64,000 nucleotides of DNA from Yuukianura sp. NJ FZ-2021 (lineage: Eukaryota): NCBI GenBank assembly GCA_046563655.1, contig CM102283.1, forward strand, positions 7,378,001 to 7,442,000, given 5' to 3'. The notes beneath the pieces were generated by a model. The model saw only the letters and a list, made by a program, of their open reading frames with translations. It did not search any database and had not been told where the DNA came from. Of the stretch, positions 1-14,073 are shown in pieces. Within the stretch, counting starts at the first letter, position 1; each line of letters starts with the position of its first letter. The translations under genes were made by a program, and so were the position numbers.

Positions 1-55
1 TCAATCCAGCTTTTCAAAATTTTATGAAAAAAATCAAAATTTTGAAAAACCTTAC

Positions 56-554
56 CGTAGGCATGATGTGTCCTGGATATGCCAGTGTCATAATGGTGTC
101 TCCACATTGCTCCTGCGTAGGGATACAAGTAGGAAGAGGGGGAGTAGGACCCTGAATTGGCACTTCCGGAAGATCCGGAACTGCTATTCGTACTATTAGT
201 GGGGCTTGTTGTGATGGTGGAATTGTTGTTACTTATGGACAGAGATGCAAAATTGTTTGGCCATAAGTTAGACTGTTGTTGGTGTACCGAATGAGTCCTG
301 CCAGAACTGGACGTGTCCATTGTTTCCACCCCTGACTCAATTTTGATCGTGGTTTGCATCCCCTGTTGTCCCTGGTTGTGTCCATGCAGCGGACTTTGGT
401 TAGGGTGAAAACCGAAATTGGAGCGGGAATGCATCGTGGTGGAGCTGGTTGCTACCCGGGAATTTCTGTCCGTCGGATCGATTCCCCCGCTGGACGAAAA
501 AATGGAAGCTGATGACGGTTGCTTTTGGACGTACACGTTGGATGAGTACAGCAT
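56..554 (-). CDS. pnr: 5' coding exon of a probable pannier-type GATA factor (gene continues beyond the window start)
   Basis: Absent from the ORF track because the frame has no stop before the window edge. Acceptor ttttag|ATG at 554, open frame MLYSSNVYVQKQPSS...SYLYPYAGAMWRHHYDTGISRTHHAY, phase-1 donor G|gtaagg at 55. The end resembles the pre-finger pannier motif (fly ...GSWRSAYDPSGFQRSSPYE, recalled). Lies directly downstream of a GATAe-like gene on the same strand. Confidence 0.6.
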
Positions 555-3500
555 CTAAAAATTTTCTGACGGGAAATCGGAACGGAATCTGAAATTTAAA
601 AAATGTAACAATTTCAAAAACAAAAAAAAAACTCTTTTTTTTACTCAAATTTGGTAACTTGGAATATAAAATTTAAAGGTAAAGATGCATTTTGTTCTAA
701 AAATGTCAAATAAAAGTTAATTGTGACTAATTTGTCGAATTAATGGCTGATTTTATTTGATTTTTTGAATTGTAGTGCACCTTATTTATCTTTGGCGCTT
801 TGTTTTTTCTTTTGTTGTGTTTCTTGAAACATAAAATTGGAAAAGCGTGTTTGGAATTTTAATTTAAAATTTCAGTGAGTGTTGAACTATGGAGTGGGAG
901 GGAATAAAGTTGACATGTTTTTTGGAAAATGGAGGTGTGGAGTATGTGACACAATGAATTTATTGCAAATTTCGTTCATTAATTTTCCACCACCGCCGCA
1001 AACTTAAAGTTTCAATGAGCGCTAAAATTCAAAACACCAAAAATTCAAACTACTTTAAAACTTTCCGTCTGTTTCTGCCTCATTCCCTCTTCAAGAAATG
1101 CAATAAATCCATTTTAAATTATGGAGCCAGAAACAGACGCATAAATCTTGTAAACAACTAAAAAGTGTATGGAACTTTTAGGAAATGGAATTGGAAACTC
1201 AGCATATGCCCCAAAAATTCTCAAAAACCAATTTCCGCGTGGTTTTTGTACAAGAGTGTTTAGTTTTTTCTTTAAATAAGAGATACTCACTATTCCTCTG
1301 AATTGCGCTTAAAAGTTCAGACTTAATGAACATCTTGTAAGTTTTGTACTAGTTAGTGTGACTTAAAACAGTGACTTTGGAAAACAGAAAGTGAGAAATC
1401 AGGCGTGTAGACTTAATTGGTCGTTACTTGACTTTTGCATATGGCAGACACTTTGAACTTCTTCTTCGCGCTCTGAATCCTAACAACCATTTAATTTTTC
1501 CTGGAAGGAGCCGCTACCATTAGGATTTATTTTCTTGTTTTTGGTTGATGCAAAAGTTTTGTACTTTGGCAAATTAGTTATGTTCGGAGCCTGGTTTCTA
1601 AAATTTTCAATTTTGAAATTGAAGTATTGTTTTATTTTTCGAAATGTTTTTTGTTGGCTTGTATCCAGATGTAAAAGGCGCACGAGAAGGAACAGGGTTA
1701 AGTGGGTTCATTTTTCTGTAGGTTTTGTGTTTCGGAAACTATAAAGAGGGCTTTCCCCCTTTTCAAACTGACACGCGACATAAGCCTAACAAAGCAAAAA
1801 ATATTTGAAACAATTTTTGGTTTCATATGTCGTGGATGTAACAGAAATTACAAAACCCAAACTTCATTGTGAAATTTTTAACAAAAAAAAAATCTATGGT
1901 GCAAAATAAAAAGTGTGAACCACGCTTAACAGCGAAAGTAATTTTTAAGCAAATTCTACTTTTTAGCGGCATTTCTTTTTTGGAGTTTTTGTGCAAAGTG
2001 AATTGTGAAATTTCGAAATTTTGAAATTTCTTAGTTTTACTATTTTTGGAACATACTGTACACGTAGGCCGTTAACTACTAAGATGACTGTGTGTTTGGT
2101 TGGAATGTGAGAACCCGCCTTGTTCACACTCTAATGACCTTTCACCAGTCACCGCACGGAAATGAATGGGACGCAAGGACAAATCTTTCACTTTAAGCAT
2201 TTTCCTGCCTCGCAATTAAGGTTTAGCATTTTCAAAAAGTCCGCGAAAGTTTGAATGCTACAAATTCTAATCCTAAAGTTGCAATATGTTAAACAGGCGT
2301 TCATTGTTTTGTTTCCGTTTGACAAAAATTTACTTTTCTTTATTATAGGTATTGAGCACACGATAGATAGGTAATACTTATTGAAATTGCATGCAAAATT
2401 TCGTTTTTTGAATCCAAAATTTGAAATCCTTCTTACATAAATTTTGTGTTTGAAAATGCGCGCGGAACAGCGATTCTGTATTAATTTCAAAACGTCATGG
2501 GCAGCGGAGGCCATTACGAAGTTTGAAAACCGACACGCACATTAAGAGTTAATTTTGTTTTAGAGTTACAGAGGTGACATTTTTCGTTACATTTCAGTTA
2601 GTTTTCAAAAAAAATACAGAGGTAATTTTTTTTTGTTAAAAAACCTTGGTGGACTTTCACTCTTGAAGTGTAGCAGTTATTGAGATATTAAAGATTTAAT
2701 TAAGAGATGTCTGTGTCCAATTCCAGACCTTCTTTGAATTTGTGAGTGTGTCGTTAGCGGAGTCGTTAGAATTAATACGATGAGTCTCAATGGGCAATTC
2801 AAAAAAGGAGGGAACATTCAAAATGCCTCCATCCAGGACACCATTAGCACCCTCTGCGTGACAAACAGACGTTTACTACGCTTCCCCTAACAAAACAGAA
2901 AAAACACCTTCATTTTCCATCCACTTCCTTTCAAAATTTATAAAACTGCATTTTGAGACAGAATCAAGCTTATTTTCAAAATTATCAAAAACGTTGTATA
3001 CATACAGTCCACCCAACGTACTGCGCACGTTACCAAAATTTTCCAAGTAAAATACCACCAAAGAAGTGCCATCAAGAATTTGGTGAATTTGAAAACAAGA
3101 AAATTGTTCAAAATTTCAGAACAATTTAAGATTTAGAGCAACGATAATAACCGATTGTAAATTTTCTGCTGGGGTTGACAGTTTCCATTAAGATGAAACA
3201 GTGTTGTAAATTTCTTGGCATTTTCTTTGAAAGTTTTGAAAAAGTCTTCATCGCATCTTCTGAAAACAATTTGACATCAGTAGTGCGTCGACGCGTGAAA
3301 GCATTGTAAATCAATTGGTTTTCGAACAAAAGGTTTGGCGAAACAAGACATTGGGAAAACGAAATGATCATAAACCTACCACTGCGTGTCCCAAAAAATG
3401 TTCCTGGACTCCTATATTTCCCAAAATTTTCGTCAACAAATGCATTTCTGGGCGGCCCAAAACACAAAATGAGTGAAGTACTTTCCAGTACATCAACGCC

Positions 3501-6500
3501 TTACAGCAACAATGGAAAAGCTAACAAAATCAAAAAAAAATTCATCAAATTTGGCCCAAATTCCAAAAAAAAATCAAAATTTCTTTCAGTTTCAGGTCAA
3601 ATTCTAAAATTTGTTGAATATTAAAGTATGTCCTCAAAATTCTCCGCATATTGTTATGCGGAGCAGATTTTGGGGTCAAGATTTAAGACCGTTGATCTCA
3701 GAATGTTAGCGTAAACTAAAAAGTTACAAAGTTTAGCTAAAATCCAGATTAATCCCGCCCTGATCTTGATTTTGATGTGAGATGATGTGCAGAATATAAA
3801 TGTTGGATCAAAAACGTCGCCAACGCCTTGTCTGTCACCTTAAGTCTATTTCCCTGGTAGCATTAAGTGGATTTTGGCACTTGGAGTGATCCCGCCCTTG
3901 GGAATTACTAATTCCGACAGCGCAGAGGACAAGGACAGGAAAGTGGGCTCTGGACCGGCGCCTACCTGGACACTCCTAATGGAAAACTTAGGTTTGGACT
4001 TAAGGGGCCGCTTAAGGGTCGCCCCACACAGAGGAAGAGACAATGATCAAGAAGCCCCAATTACACTCTGTTTCCCTGGATACATCAAAAGACCATTTTA
4101 CTAATTGCTTCACTTTCCCACCTCCGCAACACTGTCTAAGTACCGTGTTCTGGAGTCACTTCAGTTGCGTCATACTGAATCCTGGGTGCCATCACACAAA
4201 TTCATCTGCCAAAAATGTTGCAAAACCAAAAAAAATACATTTTTAACATTTCAGAATGAACCAAAAATTTTAGTTCACTACAGCGAAGTAAATTTTCAAA
4301 AACCGCCCCGGCTTGGTTTAATTCAGAACGGCATGTAAAATTTCAAATCCGAATTTTTGGAAAGGGGAAGTTTGCCGAAAATTTTGGTAAATAAAATAAA
4401 AACTGAAAATCATTTCAAAATTGGCTTAAAATTAAATTTTTTGCAACATTCCGGATGGCAACGAACTTTATGAGTTTGATACAAAGTTGAAGATGGATTT
4501 GGAAGATGTTAGAACTGTAGAAGAGGGGTTGAATGGAAGGAAAGCACTTAAGACGTCATGTCAGAGTTGAAGTGTCGTGGCTGGAACAAGGGTCGTAAAA
4601 GGCAGGGAACAAACAGAAGGATCCATAACAAACGTAAACAACTTCAAGTGACTCATAAGGGCCCTCCTGGTGCCCTTGTCTAATGAGCCTCAGAAGTAGT
4701 TTCCATTTCAACTTGACTCCATCATCCCTCATACCCAACTGACAGCATTTACAAACACAAAGTCAACCAACCGTAAACAAAACATTTTTTCAAAAAATTG
4801 CATCAACGGAAACAACATGGAATTCCAAATTCCCAAAAATTACATGAGAGCAAAACAAGAGAATTTAAATTCTCAAAAATTGTATGAGTGCAAAACAAAC
4901 GGAAAATTCAAATTATGCACAAACTTAACATAAAGTGAAAAAAACTGGAAGCCTTTGATTGCCAAAAATTTTCTCACAATTTTTTAACTTGGCCAATGCA
5001 CCCAAAATTCTATCCTGAATTCATGACCTCTAAGATTTCAATTTAATGGGTTTTCCCACAATCAGAATTTCCAAATAGTCGATAAAATTTTGTTTTCCGT
5101 GTGTGTGTAAATTACCAACAAATTTTGCTTCCGGAAACCAAAAGATAAACCTAACTTTCGGTATTTTGTTTTGTTTTTGAAGAAATAATAAGTTAATTTT
5201 AAACAGAAGTTTAAGTTGACAAATTTTTTTCTTACCAGGAACAGAATACTGATTTTTCCGACTTGATTTTAGTCAATTTGCAAAATTCAGTTTATCGTTT
5301 TTGGCCCAATTGTCAAATTATGAAAAAACTTTCACCGTCACATTCACTGTGTCATTCTTGTAAAATTTTTGTTAATTTGGGAGATTTTTTTCTTTGTCAA
5401 CTGAATGCCAACGTGCAGGAATTTTTGTTTGCAAATTTTAAGAAGATGACGAGAAGTCTATTGAGGTTGGTTGCATTTGACGGGTCAACGTAAAGGTACT
5501 TCCAGCCAAAGTCTTTGGGAATTTGCAATTTGAAAACATAGTTTAGCATAGGTGGTGGTGGTCATGTTGCAAAAAGTTGTCAATCCTGGCAATAACTTAT
5601 GCCTGCAGGAAACCTGTCTTTGTCGTCTGAACTTGTTGTCAGTCTTGTCGTCAGCTTTTGACGTTGTTCAAGTGGGTGACAGAAGGAGTCGAAGATGTCA
5701 CTTCTACCAGTATTTAACAATAAGACGACACTTCCACCTTCACTTCCCTACGATCCAAGCCCAACTGAAGATCAGAAGCAAACCTTAACTTAACAATTGT
5801 TCTTAAGGAAGAATGTTGCTTGGTTTCAAGGGAGGCGGGACTGGGGAATTCGAATCCGGGGAGGCAAAGCGGGTTTTGTGGTTGGTCGGTAGGCGGAGAA
5901 AGTCCGCCTACTCGTCCCGACTTCTGCAACCAATGGAACCCGCTCCGTACGTGTACATTTTTTTGTTTTTGTGAAATTTATCATGTACGGATCTCAAAAC
6001 TACTTTTCCTTTTGAACATCAATCAAACCGAGCCGCATTTTTGTACTTTTTTGGAAGAAGTCGGAAAATTACTGGCACTTTGAGGAGAAAAAAGTTAACC
6101 TTATTTGGTAGAATTTTGGTCGTTTTTAATTTATTTACAAACTAGTTTGATTTGGAATTAAATTTTGAAAAATTCACGCCTTGTTTATCATGGAAGTGAA
6201 AGCGGAAAAGGTTTTTGAATGTGAAAAAGAAGATATTAGTTCGCCTGTTTTAAATTTTCATGGATAACGACCTCCATATTTACCGAAACGCACATCAACA
6301 CGTTTAATGTTGATGTTTATTTTAACTAATCTAAACGACACTGACCACATTTGATTGTTTTTTTTTCATTGTACAGGCGTCGATGCCATTTAAAAAAAAA
6401 ATTAAATTTATTATCATAAACGTATATGAAAAAAATTAGTTTAACACGCTCTAAAATCGGCTTATAATAAGCCCGCTACAAAACGACGCAAAGAATCTGA

Positions 6501-7625
6501 GACAGTCAGCTACAAAATTTTCGTTTAGGGCAGTTTCAAAAAAACAGAGAAAAATTTTCGTTGAAAATTGCAAAGAATAGGGAAGTGAAAGAAGTTAACT
6601 TTTTTTTCAAAATGCATTATGCAAAATGCAACTGTGGACTAATTTGGATCTTATGGCTTCACTGGAATGATCCTGGAGCCACTGGATATCACTGCGACGC
6701 TTAGAATGTCGCCATGATTCCATTCTTTTTTTTATTTCTGAGGTTTACAGCCCTTAAGTCTCCTACCTTAGTGCAGGGGGTACTTGATAAGGGATTAGAA
6801 ATTCTTAATTGTTTAAAGGAAGTGTGGATAACCCCTTTACCTTTTGTTTTTAAGGCCCACTGATGACGACGTCCGACGACAATGACATTATAACACAGGA
6901 CATTGTAAAAGAAAAATTTCAGAAAAAAAAAGTTAATGGAAAAATTAGTTTTTAGTTTGGGTAAAAGACGAGGAGGATTTTTTTGAAGCTTTTCCATTTT
7001 AAGTGAAATGTGTTAAAAGGAAAATCCTGTTGCACTTTCACATTCACTTAATTTTTTTTTGTTTTTTGAAATTGCAAAACAAATTGTCAGAATTTTAGTG
7101 AAACATGGGGTTTACAGTGTATAGTTTTTATTTCATTGAGAATTTGATTACCAATTAAGTACTAAGTGTAATTAATCAAATTGTTGAAGTTTTAAGTAAA
7201 AATTCAAATCAATCAAAGTGACTACTGCTTAAAAAGAACGAAAATTCACATTTTTAAAACAATTTACCCCTTTCCGAAGAAAAACAACAAACAAACATCA
7301 GTTCATTTCTCACTCTGGCTAATGTTTCATGTTAACTAATAAATTAGCAATTAAATTAATATAAATTAAAGCATTATAGGAACTTTTGATTACAAGTTGG
7401 CGGTAAAGTTGACACGCTTGGAAGAAACCTTTTTGAAGAAAAGTTTAATTTTTTTTTTCAAAATTTTGATTTTTGTTTGTACTTTTGGTGTCACACTTTT
7501 CATCATTTACGGACAAAATGCTTTCTCTTGACTTTTTTTAAATAACTCTCTTTTTGACACGTTAGTACACACTGTGTTAGTTAGAACTTGCAGTTGACAA
7601 TTACTTAGACTCGGATGCATGCGCA

Positions 7626-10600
7626 TCAATCGTTTCTGGAGTGATGTTGTGGAGCATGTCCTCCAGGATGACTAGGAACAAAAATTAAGTCCGCATTTTC
7701 TTGAATCTGACTCGTAAAACTTCCGTCTCGGTGATGACGGGGTTCGGAAGCTTCAATACTTCGAAAAGCACAAAAATAATTAAAATTAAAATTAAAAACA
7801 ATTAAAATTTTCATTTTCATTGTTTTGAACATTTTTTGTTTGATTTGTTTTAAAAACATACTCTGCAGGAATTTGTCGAAGTGAAATTGAGCTTGAGGAA
7901 TGTTGGTGATGCGACGGAAAGCAAGAAGAGACGGGTGGAAGTGGCTGCATATCGGCTGGAATGATTCCAGAAACACGCAGCGCATTCTCAATCATCCCGA
8001 CGGAATTGGCTCCGCCCATGTGATGCTGTCCATGCTGCTGAATCCCTTTAAGTCCCCCTAAAAATTCAAATTTTCTTCAAAAACCAAAAAAGGAAACGAC
8101 TTCAAAATTTCAATTTCTCAAAAAAGTTTTTCAAACTAACTTGGAAGAGGAGCCGTAATGAATCCAGGGTGTGGGTGACCCATTGGTGGCGGGGACGCCG
8201 GACTACCACTCATGATTGGATACGACTGTTTACGTTCTAGTTGCGTACTGACATGCATGTGCTGCGGCATTCCTTTCATATCGGGGGGACTTCCCCCGCC
8301 TCCATTTGCCCCCTGATGCATCCCCATCGACCCCGGACTTTTTGGCTTTCTTTTTCTCGTCTGGATGCCTTCCTTCTTCATCGTCTTGGGACGAGAAACC
8401 TGAAAGTGGGAAAATTCAAAATTTTTAATTTTGAAAATTTCTGATGTCACCCATTTCGAAACCCAATTCTAGAAAATCATTTGGAGTGAAAATCCTTGAA
8501 ACCTAGGCTAACGTTAGCTCAATATTTTTAATTTGGAAAAGTGTTTTTTCCAGAAGGTTATTTTGAAATCCGAAATGCGAGTAATAAAAGAGGGGAAGTT
8601 TGATGAAAGCAACCTCTGGTTTTTGCAGGTTTATGTTTCAGAGGGAAGTGGAGTGCATTGGGTCGTTAAGATAAGTTTAGTAGAGAGTCTTCATCAACCT
8701 TAGTGTATGTGATTGTATTTTGTTCATAAAAGGAGAGTAGAGTAAACTAAAACAAAAGGAAATTAAAAAAAACTAACCCCGTGAAGTTTGAAGTAGAGGC
8801 CGCAGGCGTTGCAGACCGGGTCACCCTGATTATTTCGGCGCCAAAGCGTCGTTGTCGTCGTTTCACAGTTGGAACATCGCATTCCTTGACGACGACTCGT
8901 GCCCTGGAATGACACAAAATTCCATTTACAAATCAATTTATTACGTTCCAAAACACAGATTACAAATTTCTCCAAATTGGCCAACGTCACGCCAACTTTA
9001 ACAAATTTTCAAAAGACAAATTCCAAATTTTTAAACAAAATCAAGAAGAAAGTGACTTAAAACAAAGCAAAACTTGAAATCTGTAAAAAGCCAAGGAAAG
9101 GAAGAAATTCTGCTTCAAAAATTCAGCTCGTGCGATCGACTTTCCAAACAAGCTTGTCTCTGCGATCGCAGCTAGCCTGCAGCTTGTTAGAGAAACTGTT
9201 GACCAGCTTGGTCTAACATGTTGACCGCTCACTCTAAAGTGCTAACCGCTAAGTCTAGCGTGTTGACAACTAAGTCTGGAGTGTTGTCCGGTATGTCTAA
9301 AGTTGGGAGCACTATGTTTTCGCGGGAAATTTTGAAAAGTACTTACAGCAGCTGAGACCCTCTTGGTCTGATTTCTGTTGAGGGGTCGATTCATTCCGTT
9401 TGTTCTGTTATAGAGACCACAAGCATTACATAAATAATGACCCGTCTCATCTCTTCGCCACAAAGGAGTATTATGAGCTCCACAATTAACGCACTCTTTA
9501 GGATCCTGCCCATAGTATGGGTCATTCTCCGAAATGACTGTCCATCCACCACTTCCTGGAACCCCTGGCAAGAGAGGGCCGCCTCCATGATGTGGTCCAA
9601 CGTAGTTTCCAGAAGGTCCACTGTTGCTATAGTGATACTGGCCATGTGCTGGAGGTGACCCTTCATTCCCACCATGCAGGTCACTCAGCATCGGAGGATG
9701 AAGCTGCTGATGCGGAGAGCCGCTGCCACCGCTGCCATAGTGGGCTTCACTCCAAACCTTTTCCAAAAAGCAAAAATTTTAGCTTGTCGAACATTTGAAG
9801 CTAAAAATTTCAAAATTATACTTCGTTAGCAGTTCTGCCAGAAATAGCATTCGGCGGAATCCCTGCTGAGCCGTAGTAGTTTTGCAAGTAGGTCAAACTG
9901 CCTGGTCCCTGCGACCCTGACCCCGCGTAACCCGCGGGGATACTTGCGTAGTAGCCTTTACCTCCACTGCTCCCTTCTTCCTTGACGCCTTGAAAAAAAG
10001 AGAGACTTAAGGCTCATGGAGTGAATTCGGAGGGAACTTTTGAAAAGTTAATGATTCCATTGACTAATCTAATCTGAGGAACAGAATTAGAGGATCATAA
10101 AATGAGATGAGGCGAGACTCGGTGTGACTTGGATCTGTTGGAGGGTACTTAAGGGGTACTTACCGAGGGTGACATAGGGTTGTTCATGGTGTTGGTGTTG
10201 GTGATGAGAGTCTCCTGTGCTGGAAGTACTTCGACCACTCGGACTACTGAAGTAGGCACTATCAGTTGACAGGCTCTTAGGGTAAAGGCCTCCTGGCTCC
10301 AGTCCTCCATGAACAACAGTCGGCTGGACGTGATGGCCATGGACAGCATCCACTACGTACTCCTGTGTAATAAGTTAGGTGGTTAGGTCTATGTATACAT
10401 TACATAATCAACAGGAGAAATCGAAAAAATGGATCTAAACACGCAATCTTATCCATCGCATCCGTCTTCATACCACTTCGACTCAGAACTCCCAGGTTTT
10501 ACTTTTACTTTTCAAAAAAAAGTAAAAGTTTTTTATTCTCTTTTTTTTATTCTTCTTAAGGGATACGCCCAAAATAGCTCCAAGGGCTAAGCACTTTCAC

Positions 10601-12942
10601 TTTTGCCGCCACCCATTTCCACTTTCACTCTCTTTTTTCAATTTCCCGACAATCAGATTTGACTTCCAAAAATTATTTACTCCAAACCAACCTTCATCAA
10701 ATGTTAATTTTGAAAAATGAAATCTTAGCAAAAATTCAAAAAGTTTCAAATAGTACTACTGTACTTTTCTTTGGTACAAACTAACCTGAAATCTGGCATT
10801 TTGACCGTGGTAAGGGCCATAGGCCGAAGACCTTGGCGGGTTGACAAGTTGGTAGCCCTGTGGCGGTGGATGCCCGTGGTTACCATGGTTACCATGATTT
10901 GCACTTCCGTTGGAATCCACTTGAGCTGGATACGGAGGTGGAGACTGTTGATTTTGTACTTGACCTCCACTGTTACTAGACCTGCCTGAACCTGGTGAAT
11001 TCACGTAAGTCGCTGACCCTTGACTAGCCGCAGCAATCGCTTCAGCCAAGGAATATTGATTTCTACTCATGTGACCTCCGCCTTGAGGCCCTTGACCGGC
11101 ATATTCATAGTTTTGTAAATTCGGACTTCCACCCCCAGCATTGTTTACCATGCTCATGGATGCCAGTACATCCAAGTGGTTATTGTGAATTTGAATTTCC
11201 CGCTCATATTTTGAAGGGTGATACAATTGGCGCTGTTGGTGATAGATTTGGACAGAAGTGGTTTGTGTTGGCGATTGCTGAAGAATTTCTGCCTCGGGCT
11301 TGATGTGAATCAATCCCGCATTTTCTGGACTTTCACTTTCGTCCATCATTTCTGCAAAGGTGAAAAAACCGCCAAAATTTAAAATGCATAACGCGGGCAT
11401 TGCTTTGAAATAACTCGAGCTTTGAAATATTTGCTACAAAGTGTATTCAAAACCAAAACAAAAGCTAATTGTAAACATTCGTAAGAGCTGAGCGGAAGGC
11501 AATGCTTTTAGCCTAGCCATTTGTAACAAGAGTGATGGGGTTAAGTTGATGATAAGTCAAGTGAAAATGGGAGAATGCACTTAAGGACGACGCACACCGC
11601 TTCTGCGCGGAAGTGCGGTAAAAACTGCAATTAAAAGTCATCAATGCGCGTTTTCTCTTCCGCTAAAAGATTAAAGTATTAGTAAAACCACTTTCCATAA
11701 ATAATTAGAAAACACTTTACAAGCTGCCACAAATAACGAGAGGAACTTTTTGAAATACATTAATGGAATAAGTGGAAGAGGACGTTTTTGATTAATGAAG
11801 TCACATTTTGTAGTATAAAATTTCAAATTTCAAAATTTTCCGCGTAAACATTTACGAACCTTGACATACGCATTATAAGTTCATAGTAGTTTAAGCAGTA
11901 ATTTCCTTGTTTGGATTTTGCCAGATTAGATTAATTTTTTGGTAATCAGAAAATATTTACTTCCAAAAAGTTGCGTATGATGCAGGTTAACGTTAAGCTC
12001 GTTTTCAGTGTTAGTGGAGCAGACATTACCTAACACGCGCCTTTCTGAGTCAAAATTTTGAAAAAAAAAAGTGTGAAATTCTCAAAATTTGCTAAATTCA
12101 TTCCTAAACTTCCAAAAAAGAACTTGAGTTTCGATTTGAAGAGATTTCGTTCTTTGACTTAAAGAAAGACTACTAAAAATCTGAAATTTTTATGAACATT
12201 TTAGTCAATATTTTAGTCATTTTTTCACTGTACCTTTCTCGTAGTCTTGGCTTGGTCCCATGTCCTGCGCATGAGCCTGCGTTTGAACATGAAAATGAAT
12301 CACTCCAACTCCACGTTGTTGCATTTCCGGACTTCTGTTTGACCCCTCGGGGGACCCAGCTTTGGGGGGTGCAGGGGGTGACTCTTGCGGGGTGTACTCT
12401 TCCTGGCCTCTTCGGAATCGGTGACCTTCAGCTGACCCCTGGTCTTCTCCGGCGAAAAGTTCTTCCTGTTTGATACTTCCCAAGTACTCTGGATGGTGAC
12501 CTTGAGAAGCCGAGTCCTCCAAGGGGTCACACTCCTGGACGTGACAATTGCCTTGCTCGTGGTTGTTATTGTGAAGGGACCTCTTGAGCTCTTCGTCCTG
12601 AACTGATGAATTGGGGTCGGCATCTTCCGTTGTCTCTGAGCCAAGTTCCGGTTTCCTTGGAGGTGACACGGGGGGATGGTGGGGTGGGTCTCCAGTCCCA
12701 CCGACAGCTCCATCCACTTCCGCTTCTTCCTTTGTCCCACCCGCACCCCCTTCAATACTTCCCTGAGGATGAGCCACTTCTGAATCAACTTCCGCCTCGG
12801 AAGTGTTGTTGCCTAACCTAACTTCGTCATAAATTTCGGCTGAATCCATGGCACGCTGGTCCTCCCGCAAAAATTTCTTGTCATCTACTTCAGGGGTCAC
12901 CAGGTCAGCAGACTCACTCACTAAGTCTGGCTGCTGATCCAT
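7626..12942 (-). CDS. GATAe: Two-finger GATA4/5/6-class transcription factor, GATAe-like (about 9 coding exons)
   Basis: N-finger [40 protein letters not shown]-finger [33 protein letters not shown], basic tail [18 protein letters not shown] introns keep the frame from ATG 12942 to TGA 7626. The divergent N-finger and KKEGIQ favour GATAe over srp or pnr. Confidence 0.8.
9197..9302. repeat. Degenerate 21-bp minisatellite, 5 units, in the GATAe inter-finger intron
   Basis: Units start at 9197, 9219, 9240, 9261 and 9282; consensus approximately TGTTGACCGCTAAGTCTAAAG. Confidence 0.6.
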
Positions 12943-13663
12943 TTCGACTTTCAGGGAAAAAAAATCACAAATCTTCAACTTTTGATTTAGTTTTCCGCAG
13001 AAATTGGTTTACTTTTAAATCAGTATTTGTGTAATCTTATTGTTTTAGAATCAAAACCCAAATGATAAGATTCACTTTTGCACTGGCAGTTGAATTGTAA
13101 GACACTGAAAATCTGACAAAAGTGTCTGAAACTCTACTAAAATCGTCTGTTCCTCATGATTTCCATAATATTGAAACCGGAATTGACTGTTGACATAGCG
13201 GGTAAGGTTCTTCAAGCACGAAAAGAGCACGGTGGGAAATGACATTATTCTTTAACTTTCAATTTTTTACTTCAAATGAATTACTGCATTTTCTATGAAT
13301 TCACGAAGGTTTTTCATTCGTCAAAGCAACATCCGTCGTCACGTCTCAATCCACCCCAAATCCGTACTTTTACATATTTCATTTTTGAATGTACGTTAAT
13401 TCGACTTGTATTTTTTATGAATTTTATTTTTTGAGTTAGTTGTTTTAGGCTAAAGTTTAGGCTTGCTTGGTTGTTAGTAATTTTCAAAATTTTGGAGAAG
13501 TTGTGAATCTGTGATGAGAAATAAACAGCGCCATGTTGAATTTGAAATGAAAAGTATACATGGTTGCGGATGGTGTAAAATCTAAATCAGCAAAGCATTT
13601 ATGATTATGCGGGAGAATTGAAGTGCGCGGAAATTTGAAATGGAAAACGAAAGAGAAAGTGTA

Positions 13664-14073
13664 TGATAAAATGGTTGATTATTTGAACGAAAAAAGTGTG
13701 GGAAATCTTAAAGATAAAATATGCTGTGTCTGCTGGACCAGGTGAAGTGTGAAAGATGATAAGTCTTTTAGGTTTTAGTGATGATTGGTCAGTCTATTTA
13801 CACCAAAAGTGCGATACATTTGGACATATGATCTGTACGAGTAGCTTCTTGACCTGAAGTGACCTCTTTAGTGGAATCCCTTGTAAAAGTATGATAAAAG
13901 ACGCTATGGCTAATTACCGTATGAAGATAGGACGACTCAGTGGCAGCGGTGGGCGTAAGACGTGATATCGTGGGCCGATTAGACTAGGACGCTTCTGCGA
14001 TTTGATAGTCACTGGCGATAAGTCCGATAACTGATGATAAACGGGATTCCTCCTCAAGCAGTACTAACTATCT
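13664..14073. promoter_or_regulatory. Dense GATA-site cluster upstream of the GATAe-like gene (candidate enhancer)
   Basis: WGATAR at 13664, 13712, 13757, 13892, 13925, 14003, 14035 and 14068 (minus), plus CGATAA at 14016 and 14025. Confidence 0.5.

Noticed and set aside
1480-7000. Many 60-113 aa ORFs between the two minus-strand GATA genes
   Set aside because: F/K/N/L-rich translations of AT-rich non-coding DNA with no splice-consistent structure.
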